Source: a virus. From it: DNA of 64,000 nt. The position numbers and the translations under genes are program-made. Below, piece by piece: positions 17,651 through 27,506 of this stretch (positions are counted from its first letter, which is position 1; every line of letters starts with the position of its first letter). The stretch is from positions 18,834 through 82,833 of the IMG/VR virus record IMGVR_UViG_3300033553_000478; one strand, 5' to 3'. The notes beneath the pieces were generated by a model. That model searched no databases, had not been told where the DNA came from, and saw only the letters and a program-made list of their open reading frames with translations.

Positions 17651-18085
17651 ATGACTACAATTCAAGTTGCACCAACAAAATTCAATAGCAGAATCCTACA
17701 CCTATACTCACAGGGATTACCATATCACAAGATCCAGAAAATTCTCAAAGTAGAATTCGATGAAGATCTTGATGCGAAATGCCTGGGAGAAATAATGGGA
17801 GAGATCAAAAAAGAAATGGGATGCGCTACGCAATTCCAGATGGGTTGGCAGTATGCCCACCAGACAATACAGGGAATCTTCGAAAGTATGAAAGAAGATC
17901 ATGCACGGAAGCTTCAAGAGGAAGTGCAAGAAAGCTATCTTAGAGGAACTACATTCGGAAGAGATCAGGCTTTAATAATGCTCTCAGGTAGAGACCTCAA
18001 CAAAGGAGTAATTGCTGGCCTTGTGGCAGCAACATTCTTTTGGGTAGTAATGATCATTGCATACTACTACGTTTACCTGACCTAA
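17651..18085 (+). CDS. Hypothetical protein with C-terminal TM helix
   Basis: GVIAGLVAATFFWVVMIIAYYYVYL at C-terminus. Confidence 0.7.
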   Translation: MTTIQVAPTKFNSRILHLYSQGLPYHKIQKILKVEFDEDLDAKCLGEIMGEIKKEMGCATQFQMGWQYAHQTIQGIFESMKEDHARKLQEEVQESYLRGTTFGRDQALIMLSGRDLNKGVIAGLVAATFFWVVMIIAYYYVYLT

Positions 18086-18200
18086 AATAAGCCGCTCTAA
18101 GCGACGATCTCCCCTTCCCACTACATAGGAGTAGGGAAACCCAAGAACATCAAGATTTCAATAACGTCTGAGTCAGCTCAGGCATAAATTCAAGTTGCAA

Positions 18201-18542
18201 ATGGTTTACCAATTCACAGTACACGGCAATCTACCAAAAGGTAGTGCGTGTCCTCAGCACGAAATGTTCACTCTTTACGGAAAGCTGTTAAAGGGTGACA
18301 AGATATCCAGTCACGATAAGCAATATATAGCTGATCACCTCTGGGGAACCTTTGGCGCAAACTCCAGTACATATAGACTCGGTGGTTTCGCAGCACATTT
18401 TTCCGAAGTTCTTCCAAGGATCCTTGTAAAACAACATGGAGATTGGAGAGAATATGTAGCTCCAAATAAATCAACATTAAGAAATGCCCTATATGGCCAC
18501 ATCGATGAGATGCACTATGTAGGCAAAATCCAAGCAGTATGA
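18201..18542 (+). CDS. Hypothetical protein
   Basis: ATG at 18201; ATGA overlap with next gene. Confidence 0.65.
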   Translation: MVYQFTVHGNLPKGSACPQHEMFTLYGKLLKGDKISSHDKQYIADHLWGTFGANSSTYRLGGFAAHFSEVLPRILVKQHGDWREYVAPNKSTLRNALYGHIDEMHYVGKIQAV

Positions 18543-18949
18543 AATACTTACAAGATTATATGGACAATAAACAATCAGCTTTGTTTCAGGAGTCCTCAGC
18601 GTTCTTTGCTTTTAGCAATGAACAATTAAAAGAAGGACTTCAAAAGTTCGATTTGAAAGACACGAAAGCCATTGTCTCAATGGGAGCTGGCTTATATGTC
18701 AAGCGTGAAAATGCAAAATCATTATCTGAAGGATTAGATAAAATCTGGAATGATGCTGTTGCACAGGATATCGCTGATCACGGACTTGAAAGAATTATTC
18801 TTAGAGAGCTTGGCAATCACGAAGCCTGGTATACCGGTGACACCGAATCTACTTGGGATGCCCTTGAGGGATATCCCGGGATTAAGAGAGAGTACGTCGA
18901 TAAATTACATCGTAACCGTAACTACAAAATCCCAACAGATGAGCAGTAA
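18539..18949 (+). CDS. Hypothetical protein (phage/MGE-type FFAFSNEQ motif)
   Basis: FFAFSNEQLKEGL...SMGAGLY. Confidence 0.7.
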   Translation: MKYLQDYMDNKQSALFQESSAFFAFSNEQLKEGLQKFDLKDTKAIVSMGAGLYVKRENAKSLSEGLDKIWNDAVAQDIADHGLERIILRELGNHEAWYTGDTESTWDALEGYPGIKREYVDKLHRNRNYKIPTDEQ

Positions 18950-19093
18950 GCTTTATTATCGAGCCTATAAGTTTCTTAAACTTCGGGCAAAAACGGAAGA
19001 TCCGTTCAAAGCTATAACTGATTTGTCTTATACGAATCAAGGTAAAATCATTGATTTCCTGAAAAGGAACCATCAAGTTAAATTCCTGTAATT

Positions 19094-19483
19094 ATGAATA
19101 AAGGTGAATTAATGAAGCTTGTATATGGAAGCACATCAAATATAGATAGTGCTATCCCTTCAGCTTACTGGAATAAACTTAATACCAGAATCCACGTAAT
19201 GAATTACAGAGGCTTAGGACTCGGTGAAATTCAGAACCTTTATAAGCAGGCTATTAAAAAAGGCCTGCAGATAGATTACTCTGAAGAATATGCGAAATGC
19301 GTAGAATCTGACGAGTACTTCTACAACAATTATTGTTGGCAGGAAGGAATGGAATTCTATACTCCGGATGTGTTTGAAAAATATATCACAGGCATCCGTG
19401 ATATCCGGGACCAGGACTTCAAAGATCAAGCTGAGGATATGTTCAAAGCATATCCCATTAAACCACAAGACGCAAATGATTAG
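19094..19483 (+). CDS. Hypothetical protein
   Basis: 129 aa. Confidence 0.65.
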   Translation: MNKGELMKLVYGSTSNIDSAIPSAYWNKLNTRIHVMNYRGLGLGEIQNLYKQAIKKGLQIDYSEEYAKCVESDEYFYNNYCWQEGMEFYTPDVFEKYITGIRDIRDQDFKDQAEDMFKAYPIKPQDAND

Positions 19484-19841
19484 ACTTATGAAAAAGTACG
19501 ATATAAAGTTCAAGAATTGGAAATGTAATATTGAGTACGGACAGTACGGAACGGGAGCCACAGCTTTAAGCTTAATCGACCACGTAGATGGTGAGCCAGT
19601 GGCCACCGCTTCGGTAAACCTTATGAAGGAAGATATTGATCCACGTATCAGAGTAGATGTTCAATCCTCTGCAGAACTTCCCAAAGACCACGTTTATATA
19701 AAAACCTGGTCTGAAAATGAGGGAATGGTAGAAGCATTAATTGAAGCCGGAATTGTTGTTAGTCAACATAAGGTTGTGCCGGTAGGCCCATATGGTTCAC
19801 AAGCTGTTGAAGTAAAAATTCTCAATATGCCTCAGCAATAG
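19476..19841 (+). CDS. DUF4313-like protein
   Basis: GEPVATASVNL...VYIKTWSENEGMVEALIEAGIV. Confidence 0.5.
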   Translation: MIRLMKKYDIKFKNWKCNIEYGQYGTGATALSLIDHVDGEPVATASVNLMKEDIDPRIRVDVQSSAELPKDHVYIKTWSENEGMVEALIEAGIVVSQHKVVPVGPYGSQAVEVKILNMPQQ

Positions 19842-19847
19842 ATAAAT

Positions 19848-22454
19848 ATGTCTAATATTGCTGAAAAAGTACAGCTTTTGTTTGATGTCGGAGAATTTGA
19901 GGTGAAACCCCCTAAGCCCGTAGTTCCTATTCCTAAGATGGAAATAGTAACCAGTGTTCCCTACATAGAGGTGGACATTGGTAACATCAGGCAAATGCTC
20001 CCAAAACTCTACGATCATCAGCAACAGGATGTGCTGAAAATAGAGAAACGATTTCAAGTAGGAAAAGGATATCTGTGTACCAACGGTACTGGTACAGGAA
20101 AAACATTCGTTGGACTCGGAACAGTTAAACGGTTCTGGGCAAAAGGATGTAGAAATATTCTTATTGTTACTCCTACTGAAACGAAGTGTGGTGACTGGAT
20201 TGATGAAGGCAAGCACGTTAACCTGAAGCTTTATAAGCTGGAAGGTGTAAACGACAAAGGCCACAATATCCGCGTCACAACGTATGCTAACTATTATCAG
20301 AACGATGAGTTAGATACGGTTATATGGGATCTCGTAGTCTACGATGAATCTCATTACCTCAACCAAAACTCCAAAGGAAATGAAACTGCTTATTTAACCA
20401 AGCATAAATTCATTACCAATCTGCCCTCTTCTGTAAAGAACAGAGCTGGAGATATTGTTGGTGATAAACCCAAGTATGAACTTGGGAATGATTACGAACT
20501 ATATCAATGGCAGCTCGATGCCTGGAGGAATCAAATGCGGACTTACATATTTGATACAGTCGGCAAGACCAAAGTGTTATTCCTTTCAGCTACTCCATTC
20601 GCTTACCATAAATCAATCAAGTATGCGGATGGCTGTTTGTTCGATATCACAGAGTGTATAGAGGAACAGGAAAACCCGAGATCTGGTTATTATAATGAAC
20701 CATCTCCCTGGGAGAAGTTTATGATGGAGCATTTCGGTTACCGAATGAAACATAATAAGCTGACCATTCCAGAAACAGGAGTAGATCAAAACCTTTTAGA
20801 ACGTGCGTTCTTTGAGAACCACGTTCAAAAGGGTGTAATGTCAACCAAAATATTGGAATTGGATTACGATTACTCCCGCGACTTCTTCCTTGTAGATAGT
20901 GAGCTTGGTCACTTCATAAACTCAGGAATTGAGATGTGGTGGAATAAGGATGTTTACGAGAAATATCCTCTTATGGCTAAAGTGGTACCGAAGAAATACC
21001 GGTACCTCTACATCAATCAACTTCTGGAAGCTATTAAAGCTAAGGAGATACTTGACAGGATCCAGCAACATCTGGACCTTGGCCGCAAGGTTGTAATCTT
21101 TCATAGTTACAATCACGCTACCGTAGAGCATCCCTTCAGGTTCAATGAAGATAAGCTTACTACAGCAGACGAAGAATGGTGGAGATCTGACCTTCGGGAT
21201 GAGATACAGAAATGGTATCAGCAATTCCCGCAGTATGCAAACCTCAGCTTAAAAGGATTGAATAACTGCAGGGCTACAATCCGTGAACGCTTTCCGGATG
21301 CATTAGAATTCAATGGTACCATATCCAAGAAAAAGAAGAAGCAAAATATTGAGCTCTTCAATGATGATAACTCCGGATATGATATAATCATTGTTCAATC
21401 TAAGGCTGGCCGTGAGGGGATATCCCTTCACGACAATAAAGGTGGCAAGCCAAGGGTATTGATCAATCAATCATTACCAGTGGCACCAACTGAAGCTATC
21501 CAAACTGAAGGTAGAATCTACCGAAGTGGTTTGCAGAGTAACGCGATGTTTGAATATCCTGTTATTCACACAAGCTTTGAAATGGTAGCTTTCGCAACCA
21601 CGATAGCATCAAGAGCCAAGACTGCAGAAAACCTGGCAATGGGCAATTACGCCCGAGATCTGGAAACTGCATTCAAGGAAGGCTATATGAATGCGACAAT
21701 TGAAGCTCCAAGCTTGGAGCAAGGAGTTGGCGGTAAAGAGAGTGATCGTAAGCTTCTGGAAATATCTGAGTTCGACAAAGCCAAAACATATTACTGGTCC
21801 AGAGCGAAAAAGAATTCCAAGAATAAGGCAGCTGAAGGAGTTGACTACTTCGCTACGCCTGAGCCGTTAGGTATGAAGATGGTAGAGTGGTTGGATCCAC
21901 AACCAGACGAGCACGGTTTAGAACCTTCGGTTGGTCACGGAGCAATCGGAAGATGGTTCCCCGGATTTAGCAACAATGTATTCGTTGAGCCAAGTTTAAA
22001 GCTATTCGGAGAAATGGCAATAAACTGTACAGGCCGTCACGAGAATGTCACCTTTGAAGAATTTAAAATAATAAACAAAGCTGACTTCATTGCAATGAAT
22101 CCACCATTCGGACACCAGGGCAGGACTGCTATTGAGCATATTCAAAAAGCTCTGATACATATGAATCAGAGATCGATGAAAGGCGCAAGACTTCTGGCCA
22201 TTATTCCTAATGGTCCAGCTATGGAAAAGAAACTTGATATCCTTATGGAGCATAAAATATTCAATAGCTTCAGGTATACAGGTGAGATCTTACTCCCAGA
22301 GGTTACTTTCAAGAGAGCCGGTACCGGTGTAATGTGTAGGATTATTAAAATCGAGCACGTCAACACAGGTAACGAGCAATTCAGGAGAATTGACTTATCA
22401 CGTTGCTCAACTATCGAAGAGTTCTTCGACGAGATTGAGCATTTAAATTTCTAA
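19848..22454 (+). CDS. SF2 (strawberry-notch/DarB-like) helicase fused to C-terminal N6-adenine methyltransferase
   Basis: GTGTGKT, DESH, SATP, QTEGRIYR; then YFATPEPL, LEPSVGHGAI, MNPPFG. Confidence 0.85.
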   Translation: MSNIAEKVQLLFDVGEFEVKPPKPVVPIPKMEIVTSVPYIEVDIGNIRQMLPKLYDHQQQDVLKIEKRFQVGKGYLCTNGTGTGKTFVGLGTVKRFWAKGCRNILIVTPTETKCGDWIDEGKHVNLKLYKLEGVNDKGHNIRVTTYANYYQNDELDTVIWDLVVYDESHYLNQNSKGNETAYLTKHKFITNLPSSVKNRAGDIVGDKPKYELGNDYELYQWQLDAWRNQMRTYIFDTVGKTKVLFLSATPFAYHKSIKYADGCLFDITECIEEQENPRSGYYNEPSPWEKFMMEHFGYRMKHNKLTIPETGVDQNLLERAFFENHVQKGVMSTKILELDYDYSRDFFLVDSELGHFINSGIEMWWNKDVYEKYPLMAKVVPKKYRYLYINQLLEAIKAKEILDRIQQHLDLGRKVVIFHSYNHATVEHPFRFNEDKLTTADEEWWRSDLRDEIQKWYQQFPQYANLSLKGLNNCRATIRERFPDALEFNGTISKKKKKQNIELFNDDNSGYDIIIVQSKAGREGISLHDNKGGKPRVLINQSLPVAPTEAIQTEGRIYRSGLQSNAMFEYPVIHTSFEMVAFATTIASRAKTAENLAMGNYARDLETAFKEGYMNATIEAPSLEQGVGGKESDRKLLEISEFDKAKTYYWSRAKKNSKNKAAEGVDYFATPEPLGMKMVEWLDPQPDEHGLEPSVGHGAIGRWFPGFSNNVFVEPSLKLFGEMAINCTGRHENVTFEEFKIINKADFIAMNPPFGHQGRTAIEHIQKALIHMNQRSMKGARLLAIIPNGPAMEKKLDILMEHKIFNSFRYTGEILLPEVTFKRAGTGVMCRIIKIEHVNTGNEQFRRIDLSRCSTIEEFFDEIEHLNF

Positions 22455-22455
22455 A

Positions 22456-22743
22456 ATGAGAAATAGAGAAAAGGACAGCATCAACTGGTTAATGAATCAG
22501 GAAGATGCCAGAGCCCTTATTCAGGTAATTAATCCAAGGGATTTTACTATTATCGAAGCGGTAACACTTCACGTTGGAGCCGTAGATCAAGAGGAAGTAA
22601 TTTCCGAAACCAGTGAAATGGTTCAATGGAAAAGAGAAGAAGCCGAACAAAAGCTTCGTATCTGGATCAATAAAGTGAATGATATTCACGGTCATAAAGT
22701 TGGAGAGAAATACATATACTTCCGATTTAAAAAATGGAACTAA
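22456..22743 (+). CDS. Hypothetical protein
   Basis: 95 aa, in operon. Confidence 0.6.
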   Translation: MRNREKDSINWLMNQEDARALIQVINPRDFTIIEAVTLHVGAVDQEEVISETSEMVQWKREEAEQKLRIWINKVNDIHGHKVGEKYIYFRFKKWN

Positions 22744-22988
22744 TGAAAAAAATAATCTTAGTGCTATTCATAGTAATTAGCTGTGCTTGGCAAACTCCGG
22801 ATTTAAGTAAAGCCTGGCAATCAGGTTACATTGTTGGATGGTGTTACCACCAAGAGTATTGCATTGAGCCAATACCACCAGTGGCACCAATCCCGCGGAT
22901 ACAGGACACAACATATAAAATGATGTACAACCGCGGGTTTATAACAGGACTCAAAGCTTATGAAAAGCAAAGAACAGGTAGAAAATAA
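22743..22988 (+). CDS. Small exported/lipoprotein-like protein
   Basis: MKKIILVLFIVISC signal peptide; Pro-rich CIEPIPPVAPIP. Confidence 0.55.
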   Translation: MKKIILVLFIVISCAWQTPDLSKAWQSGYIVGWCYHQEYCIEPIPPVAPIPRIQDTTYKMMYNRGFITGLKAYEKQRTGRK

Positions 22989-23133
22989 GATCGCCATTCT
23001 AAAATCAGAACTTGAAACCCTTGACGCTATTGCGGCCAAGGGTTTTTCATTTCCTGCAGACAGGAAACATAATGTAGAGCAGCGCCAAGTTAGGCAAGCT
23101 CTTATTGTTGGACTTAAATGGGTATTAAAATGA
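22960..23133 (+). CDS. Small hypothetical protein (57 aa)
   Basis: Manual translation MKSKEQVENKIAILKSELETL...LKWVLK. Confidence 0.55.
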   Translation: MKSKEQVENKIAILKSELETLDAIAAKGFSFPADRKHNVEQRQVRQALIVGLKWVLK

Positions 23134-23360
23134 GCAATACAATTGAATGGCACGATGCCTACGACAAAAATTCCAAGGCTGAACAAGAACGCCTGGAGAG
23201 AGAGGAAAGAGATCGTAAGGAATACGATGAAAACCTCGATAGAGCAAAAGACGAAATGTGGGATGCTCTTGGAACAGATGATTTCAGAACTTCAGATTTT
23301 GATGATATCTGTTCAAATTACGGTATAGATCCTGACGATCTAATTGACGAATTAATTTAA
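23130..23360 (+). CDS. Acidic hypothetical protein
   Basis: Asp/Glu-rich, ends YGIDPDDLIDELI. Confidence 0.65.
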   Translation: MSNTIEWHDAYDKNSKAEQERLEREERDRKEYDENLDRAKDEMWDALGTDDFRTSDFDDICSNYGIDPDDLIDELI

Positions 23361-23364
23361 AGCT

Positions 23365-23655
23365 ATGATTAAATTTGAAGAGCTCCGACCGGAGCTGGTA
23401 GAAATCCTCAAAGAAAACAGTATTGAGGAAAAGGATCTGGAGAATAACTATTCAGATCTATACATTGGCTGCAGTTCTTTTGACCAGGCTGGAAAAATAA
23501 GATCTAAAATTCCGAAGCACGCAGCCCTAACAAGTACCTTCTTTCCGCAGGAAGGTAGCAGTATGGACCACCACAAAATATGTGTAGAGGTGGCATTCGG
23601 CTATATGGATGGGTACTTTGATAAAAAATATGGAAAGCGCAATAAATCCACTTAG
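23365..23655 (+). CDS. Hypothetical protein
   Basis: 96 aa. Confidence 0.65.
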   Translation: MIKFEELRPELVEILKENSIEEKDLENNYSDLYIGCSSFDQAGKIRSKIPKHAALTSTFFPQEGSSMDHHKICVEVAFGYMDGYFDKKYGKRNKST

Positions 23656-23660
23656 AATGT

Positions 23661-23668
23661 TATATTTG
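23661..23668 (+). promoter_or_regulatory. -7 box TATATTTG upstream of the PRTRC/replication operon
   Basis: TAnnTTTG consensus. Confidence 0.55.
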
Positions 23669-23677
23669 TAACTTCTT

Positions 23678-23902
23678 ATGGAAGAAAATGAGAAGCCTAC
23701 CAGAATTTATCTGGTAGATGGAAAACGAGTTGCGATAATCAAGTCAAACACACATACATATAATGTGCGCTTTGTCAAGTCTGGAATATTTATGGAAGTG
23801 TATAAAAAATATGTGATTAGTTGGTTTCCAAAACCCACTAAAAAATCTTCCACACCTATTCCCAAGAAACCAAAAAATTCACAAACCTCGCTGGACTTTT
23901 AG
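23678..23902 (+). CDS. Hypothetical protein
   Basis: 74 aa; C-terminal QTSLDF. Confidence 0.6.
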   Translation: MEENEKPTRIYLVDGKRVAIIKSNTHTYNVRFVKSGIFMEVYKKYVISWFPKPTKKSSTPIPKKPKNSQTSLDF

Positions 23903-23923
23903 TCCGGCATAATACAATTCAAT

Positions 23924-25876
23924 ATGGAACAAATGACCAAAGAGCAGTATATGGAAATGCTTAACTGGGATCAATCCCTTTACAAAATCATATCTGGTGA
24001 GGAAGCCGAACCTTTGTTAAAAATCGGTGGCCACCAGAATTATGTTTATGCTGTTTCGCCTAAAGGTGAGAAAGCATTTGGTAAAGGATCCAAGGTTGTC
24101 AAGATTGATTGGGCAGAAAAGCATTCAGCCCCAGCCGTAGAGCAAACTCCTGCTGCAGCAATTCCACCGCCACCGGCAAACATACCACCCGCCCCGGCCG
24201 CTGCAAGCATACCACCTCCACCAGCTACGGAAGCTGCTATTCCACCGCCTCCGGCACAGGAAGAAAAGCCAGTAGAAGATAACTCCGTTTATGAATTGAG
24301 ATTGGCGCAGCTGAAATCAATTGGATGGAATCAGGTAAGTGATAATGTCCTTGAACGTAAAGACGGTAAGAGGGTAAGTAATGATTACCTGAAGATGATG
24401 AATGATGATGCATTTATGGATCTTATGAAAGCTCCCCTGGAAACTCCTAAAGAGGAACCAGTGAAGGAAGAAGTTAAACAGGCTGAGCCTGCTTGGGAAC
24501 CATACATAAAAACCCGAGTGGCTAATTTAATTAGCCAAGGCTGGAAAGCCGATCAGAACGGCAATTCCGTTGTTATTTCCCCTGAAGGGAAATACTACGG
24601 ATTTATGGAGATAGGTGAGCTCAGCAATAAAGATTACACCGATCTTATCAAAAAGCCGGAAGTTCCTGCAGAGATCAAAGAGATCGCAGATGCCTCTCCG
24701 AATGTGCATATAGTTACTATGCCTAAGGATGATGAACCTACGGCTGAAGATATCGCGAAAGAGAAAGCTAATAAGCTTTTACAAATTCGCAGAATTGCAC
24801 TTTCAGCACTTGGTTTTACCAATGCTCCTGGAGCTGCTATGTGGCAATCTGATATCAATCACAACGTGAGCGATAAAGAAGTGATCGCAATGGGAGAAGA
24901 TGAATTCAAAGACTTCCTGAAACTTATGGATGGTAAAATAGTTACCGTCAAAGCTCAGAAAGCCAGTGAAGATCGTCAGGCCAAAAATGAAGAAATCCGG
25001 AAGCAGAAAGAAGCTGAACAGTCTAATCCTGATGTAGGAGTTGAAATAGCAAATGAAGCTGCTGAGGTTGCCGAGAAGTCAATAAATGAAATGGCAAATG
25101 AAACCGAAGGTATGTCAGCTGTAGAATTGGATGAACACGATGTTCGTAAACTTGCTATTGAGCAAGCTCAGAAACGTGATGATGCCGAGATCGATAAGTA
25201 TGAGGCTGAGAAGAAAATGGATGAATTGATGGAGAAGCTTCAAAAAGAGAATGATGCTCACAAGGAGCAATTCGAGAAATGGAAGCAAGATCTCATTGCT
25301 GAAACTGAAGCGGAGAAAAAGAAAATCCGTGAAGAGTATCAGCAAAAAGAATCTCCAATGACCACCGGAGATGCTGGTGGCTTCTTCGGTTTGCTTGCAG
25401 AGCTGGGTTTTGGGCAGCTGAATTTATCAGTGACAAAGTTGGAAAGCAATAAGTTCAGCGTTATCGTGAAGCCTCAAAACTTCTCAGGCGATCCAGCGTT
25501 GGATGAAATTCGTCCAATGACTTTAAGCGGTTCTCCTGCAGAATTAGATGAAGGTTTCTTCGCTGCTATCAGCCAGCCATTACAGAAAGTCCACGGTGTT
25601 ATGAGTAACGCCCAGGCTGTGATCGCTGATCTGGAAGAGAAAGCCAAGAAAACCAAGGCTGCAGAGGAAGAGAAAAAGAAAGTCACCAAAGCTGTAGAAA
25701 AAGCTAAGAAGCATCATGATGATAAAGATTTTGATGCAAAAAGTGATGCCTCTCTGAAAACTGCAAAGAAGAATTGGGATGCTGTACTGGCATTGGATCC
25801 TGGTAATAAGGATGCAAAGGCCGGACTTGATAAGCTGGAGAAGCAAATCAAGGAGAATGCTGAAACTCTTCTTTAA
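23924..25876 (+). CDS. PRTRC system protein E domain fused to Pro-rich linker, three repeats, coiled coil and TPR-like tail
   Basis: FFGLLAEL...LNLSV...SVIVKP...IRPMTLSGSPAELDEGFFAAISQP is the PRTRC-E pattern; lies upstream of PRTRC-C. Confidence 0.8.
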   Translation: MEQMTKEQYMEMLNWDQSLYKIISGEEAEPLLKIGGHQNYVYAVSPKGEKAFGKGSKVVKIDWAEKHSAPAVEQTPAAAIPPPPANIPPAPAAASIPPPPATEAAIPPPPAQEEKPVEDNSVYELRLAQLKSIGWNQVSDNVLERKDGKRVSNDYLKMMNDDAFMDLMKAPLETPKEEPVKEEVKQAEPAWEPYIKTRVANLISQGWKADQNGNSVVISPEGKYYGFMEIGELSNKDYTDLIKKPEVPAEIKEIADASPNVHIVTMPKDDEPTAEDIAKEKANKLLQIRRIALSALGFTNAPGAAMWQSDINHNVSDKEVIAMGEDEFKDFLKLMDGKIVTVKAQKASEDRQAKNEEIRKQKEAEQSNPDVGVEIANEAAEVAEKSINEMANETEGMSAVELDEHDVRKLAIEQAQKRDDAEIDKYEAEKKMDELMEKLQKENDAHKEQFEKWKQDLIAETEAEKKKIREEYQQKESPMTTGDAGGFFGLLAELGFGQLNLSVTKLESNKFSVIVKPQNFSGDPALDEIRPMTLSGSPAELDEGFFAAISQPLQKVHGVMSNAQAVIADLEEKAKKTKAAEEEKKKVTKAVEKAKKHHDDKDFDAKSDASLKTAKKNWDAVLALDPGNKDAKAGLDKLEKQIKENAETLL

Positions 25877-26040
25877 TGCTGGTATTAAAAGGCATTATCG
25901 TAGAGCAAAAGATCGAGTTCGGTAGGGGAGAGTCCAGAAACTTCTCCCCTGTCCTCGATACTTTAGAGAAAACTTATGAGCTGTCCGAAGAATTCAGACC
26001 GCACATTGGAAGAAAAATGACAATTATAATACAAGATTAA
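25876..26040 (+). CDS. Small hypothetical protein (54 aa)
   Basis: Manual translation MLVLKGIIVEQKIEFGRGESRNF...; TAATG-coupled. Confidence 0.55.
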   Translation: MLVLKGIIVEQKIEFGRGESRNFSPVLDTLEKTYELSEEFRPHIGRKMTIIIQD

Positions 26041-26041
26041 T

Positions 26042-26248
26042 ATGGCTTTAGAAACCGCAGAATTAAAGAGAGTATTCAAACACAAAGATGTTGAATTGGA
26101 AGATGTACCAGGTGCATCTTTGAAGGAAGTTTCAAAGATCTATTCAGGTGTATATCCTGAATTACTCAATACGATGCCTACATATAAGGATATCGTTGAT
26201 GGAGTAGAGATTTATGAGTTCAATGCCAAAGTTGGCCTGAAAGGTTAA
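26042..26248 (+). CDS. PRTRC system protein C (prokaryotic ubiquitin-like)
   Basis: LKRVFKHKDVELED...YSGVYPELLN...YEFNAKVGLKG; C-terminal Gly. Confidence 0.88.
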   Translation: MALETAELKRVFKHKDVELEDVPGASLKEVSKIYSGVYPELLNTMPTYKDIVDGVEIYEFNAKVGLKG

Positions 26249-26250
26249 TT

Positions 26251-26445
26251 ATGTCATTTCTCAAAAAGTTCAGAGAATTATCAAAAGAGTCCGATTGGGG
26301 TAACCCCATCGGACTTTTAAATGATGAACAATCCAGAGAGTTATGCGAAGTAATAATAAGAAATCAGCAGAAAAAAGTCCAAAGCCAAAGCCGGCAGAAA
26401 CGAGTAGATCCTACACAAATATCACGGAATATCTTTCTCACTTAG
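26251..26445 (+). CDS. Hypothetical protein overlapping next ORF
   Basis: 64 aa; good start context (TAATTATG). Confidence 0.4.
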   Translation: MSFLKKFRELSKESDWGNPIGLLNDEQSRELCEVIIRNQQKKVQSQSRQKRVDPTQISRNIFLT

Positions 26446-27506
26446 CGCCAATACATCATTATAGTAAGCTTGAGGTAATGGAGCAATTCGAGCCATTTAA
26501 TTTCAATGGCATATCGAAAGAAGATTTTGAAAAGTTCCTCGAGAAGTTTGATGTAATGCTAAAGAACAGTGGCTACGATCTGGATGATGATATAGAGAAT
26601 ATAGACTGCTTCAGTGACTTCTACAAATATCTTGGGCAATTCGCAAATAAGCTGAATTGTCATTATGATATTGAGTATGAAGAATTGATGAGGTTCACTG
26701 GTGATTTACCTATTCAAGAAACAAACATTCAATCTATAAATACATATTGGGTTGAGAAGCTGATAGATATTTTACCGCCAGACATAGCGCTGTATTTGGA
26801 TTACACTTGTTTTGTAATCCTTCAGAGAGCTACCAAAGTTATGCATTATGATTACCACCTTGCGGAAGAACCTCTGGAGTATAAGTACGATGAAGAGGAA
26901 GAATATGCCGATCAAATACAGATGTGGCATAAGCTTAATAGTTACACTATTGTCCTGTACAAGAAGTTTATCAAGGACAAAAAAACCATAGTTTCACCTT
27001 GCCCGGTTATGAAAGGCAGGCCAGAGAAGGAGCAGCAAATAATTAAGATCTGCAAGTTCCTGGTGAATCATAATGAATATATGGCACTTCAATTTATGCC
27101 GGTAAAATTCTACTTGCAGTGTTGCGGAGAGTCGCATGACGAAGATAGTGAGGAAATGAGCCATATAGCTACACAGCTTATTGATGGCGACGGAGAGTAT
27201 GCCGTAGATGCATATTACAATGCTTATTACGTGCTGACTTATGATAACGGGAACAGCTCATTAATAGATGATTATTGTGAGTTCCTGAACCAGGCATATC
27301 AAATGAATGAATGGTACCACGAAATGAGCAAGATTGTCAAGGTCAATCACAAGAATGAATTTATTCCTGTAAACAAGAAAGCCGCCAGAACAGTTGTAAA
27401 ATATCACGACTCATTTGGCGATTTAAACGAACTTTTAAAAGCATATTACGATGAGAGAGTTGGTGCAAACAATGAAGCCTGTATCGCTGTTGACAGTGTA
27501 CGATAG
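26343..27506 (+). CDS. Hypothetical protein at PRTRC protein F position
   Basis: 387 aa acidic/aromatic protein between C and B; assignment by synteny only. Confidence 0.55.
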   Translation: MRSNNKKSAEKSPKPKPAETSRSYTNITEYLSHLAPIHHYSKLEVMEQFEPFNFNGISKEDFEKFLEKFDVMLKNSGYDLDDDIENIDCFSDFYKYLGQFANKLNCHYDIEYEELMRFTGDLPIQETNIQSINTYWVEKLIDILPPDIALYLDYTCFVILQRATKVMHYDYHLAEEPLEYKYDEEEEYADQIQMWHKLNSYTIVLYKKFIKDKKTIVSPCPVMKGRPEKEQQIIKICKFLVNHNEYMALQFMPVKFYLQCCGESHDEDSEEMSHIATQLIDGDGEYAVDAYYNAYYVLTYDNGNSSLIDDYCEFLNQAYQMNEWYHEMSKIVKVNHKNEFIPVNKKAARTVVKYHDSFGDLNELLKAYYDERVGANNEACIAVDSVR

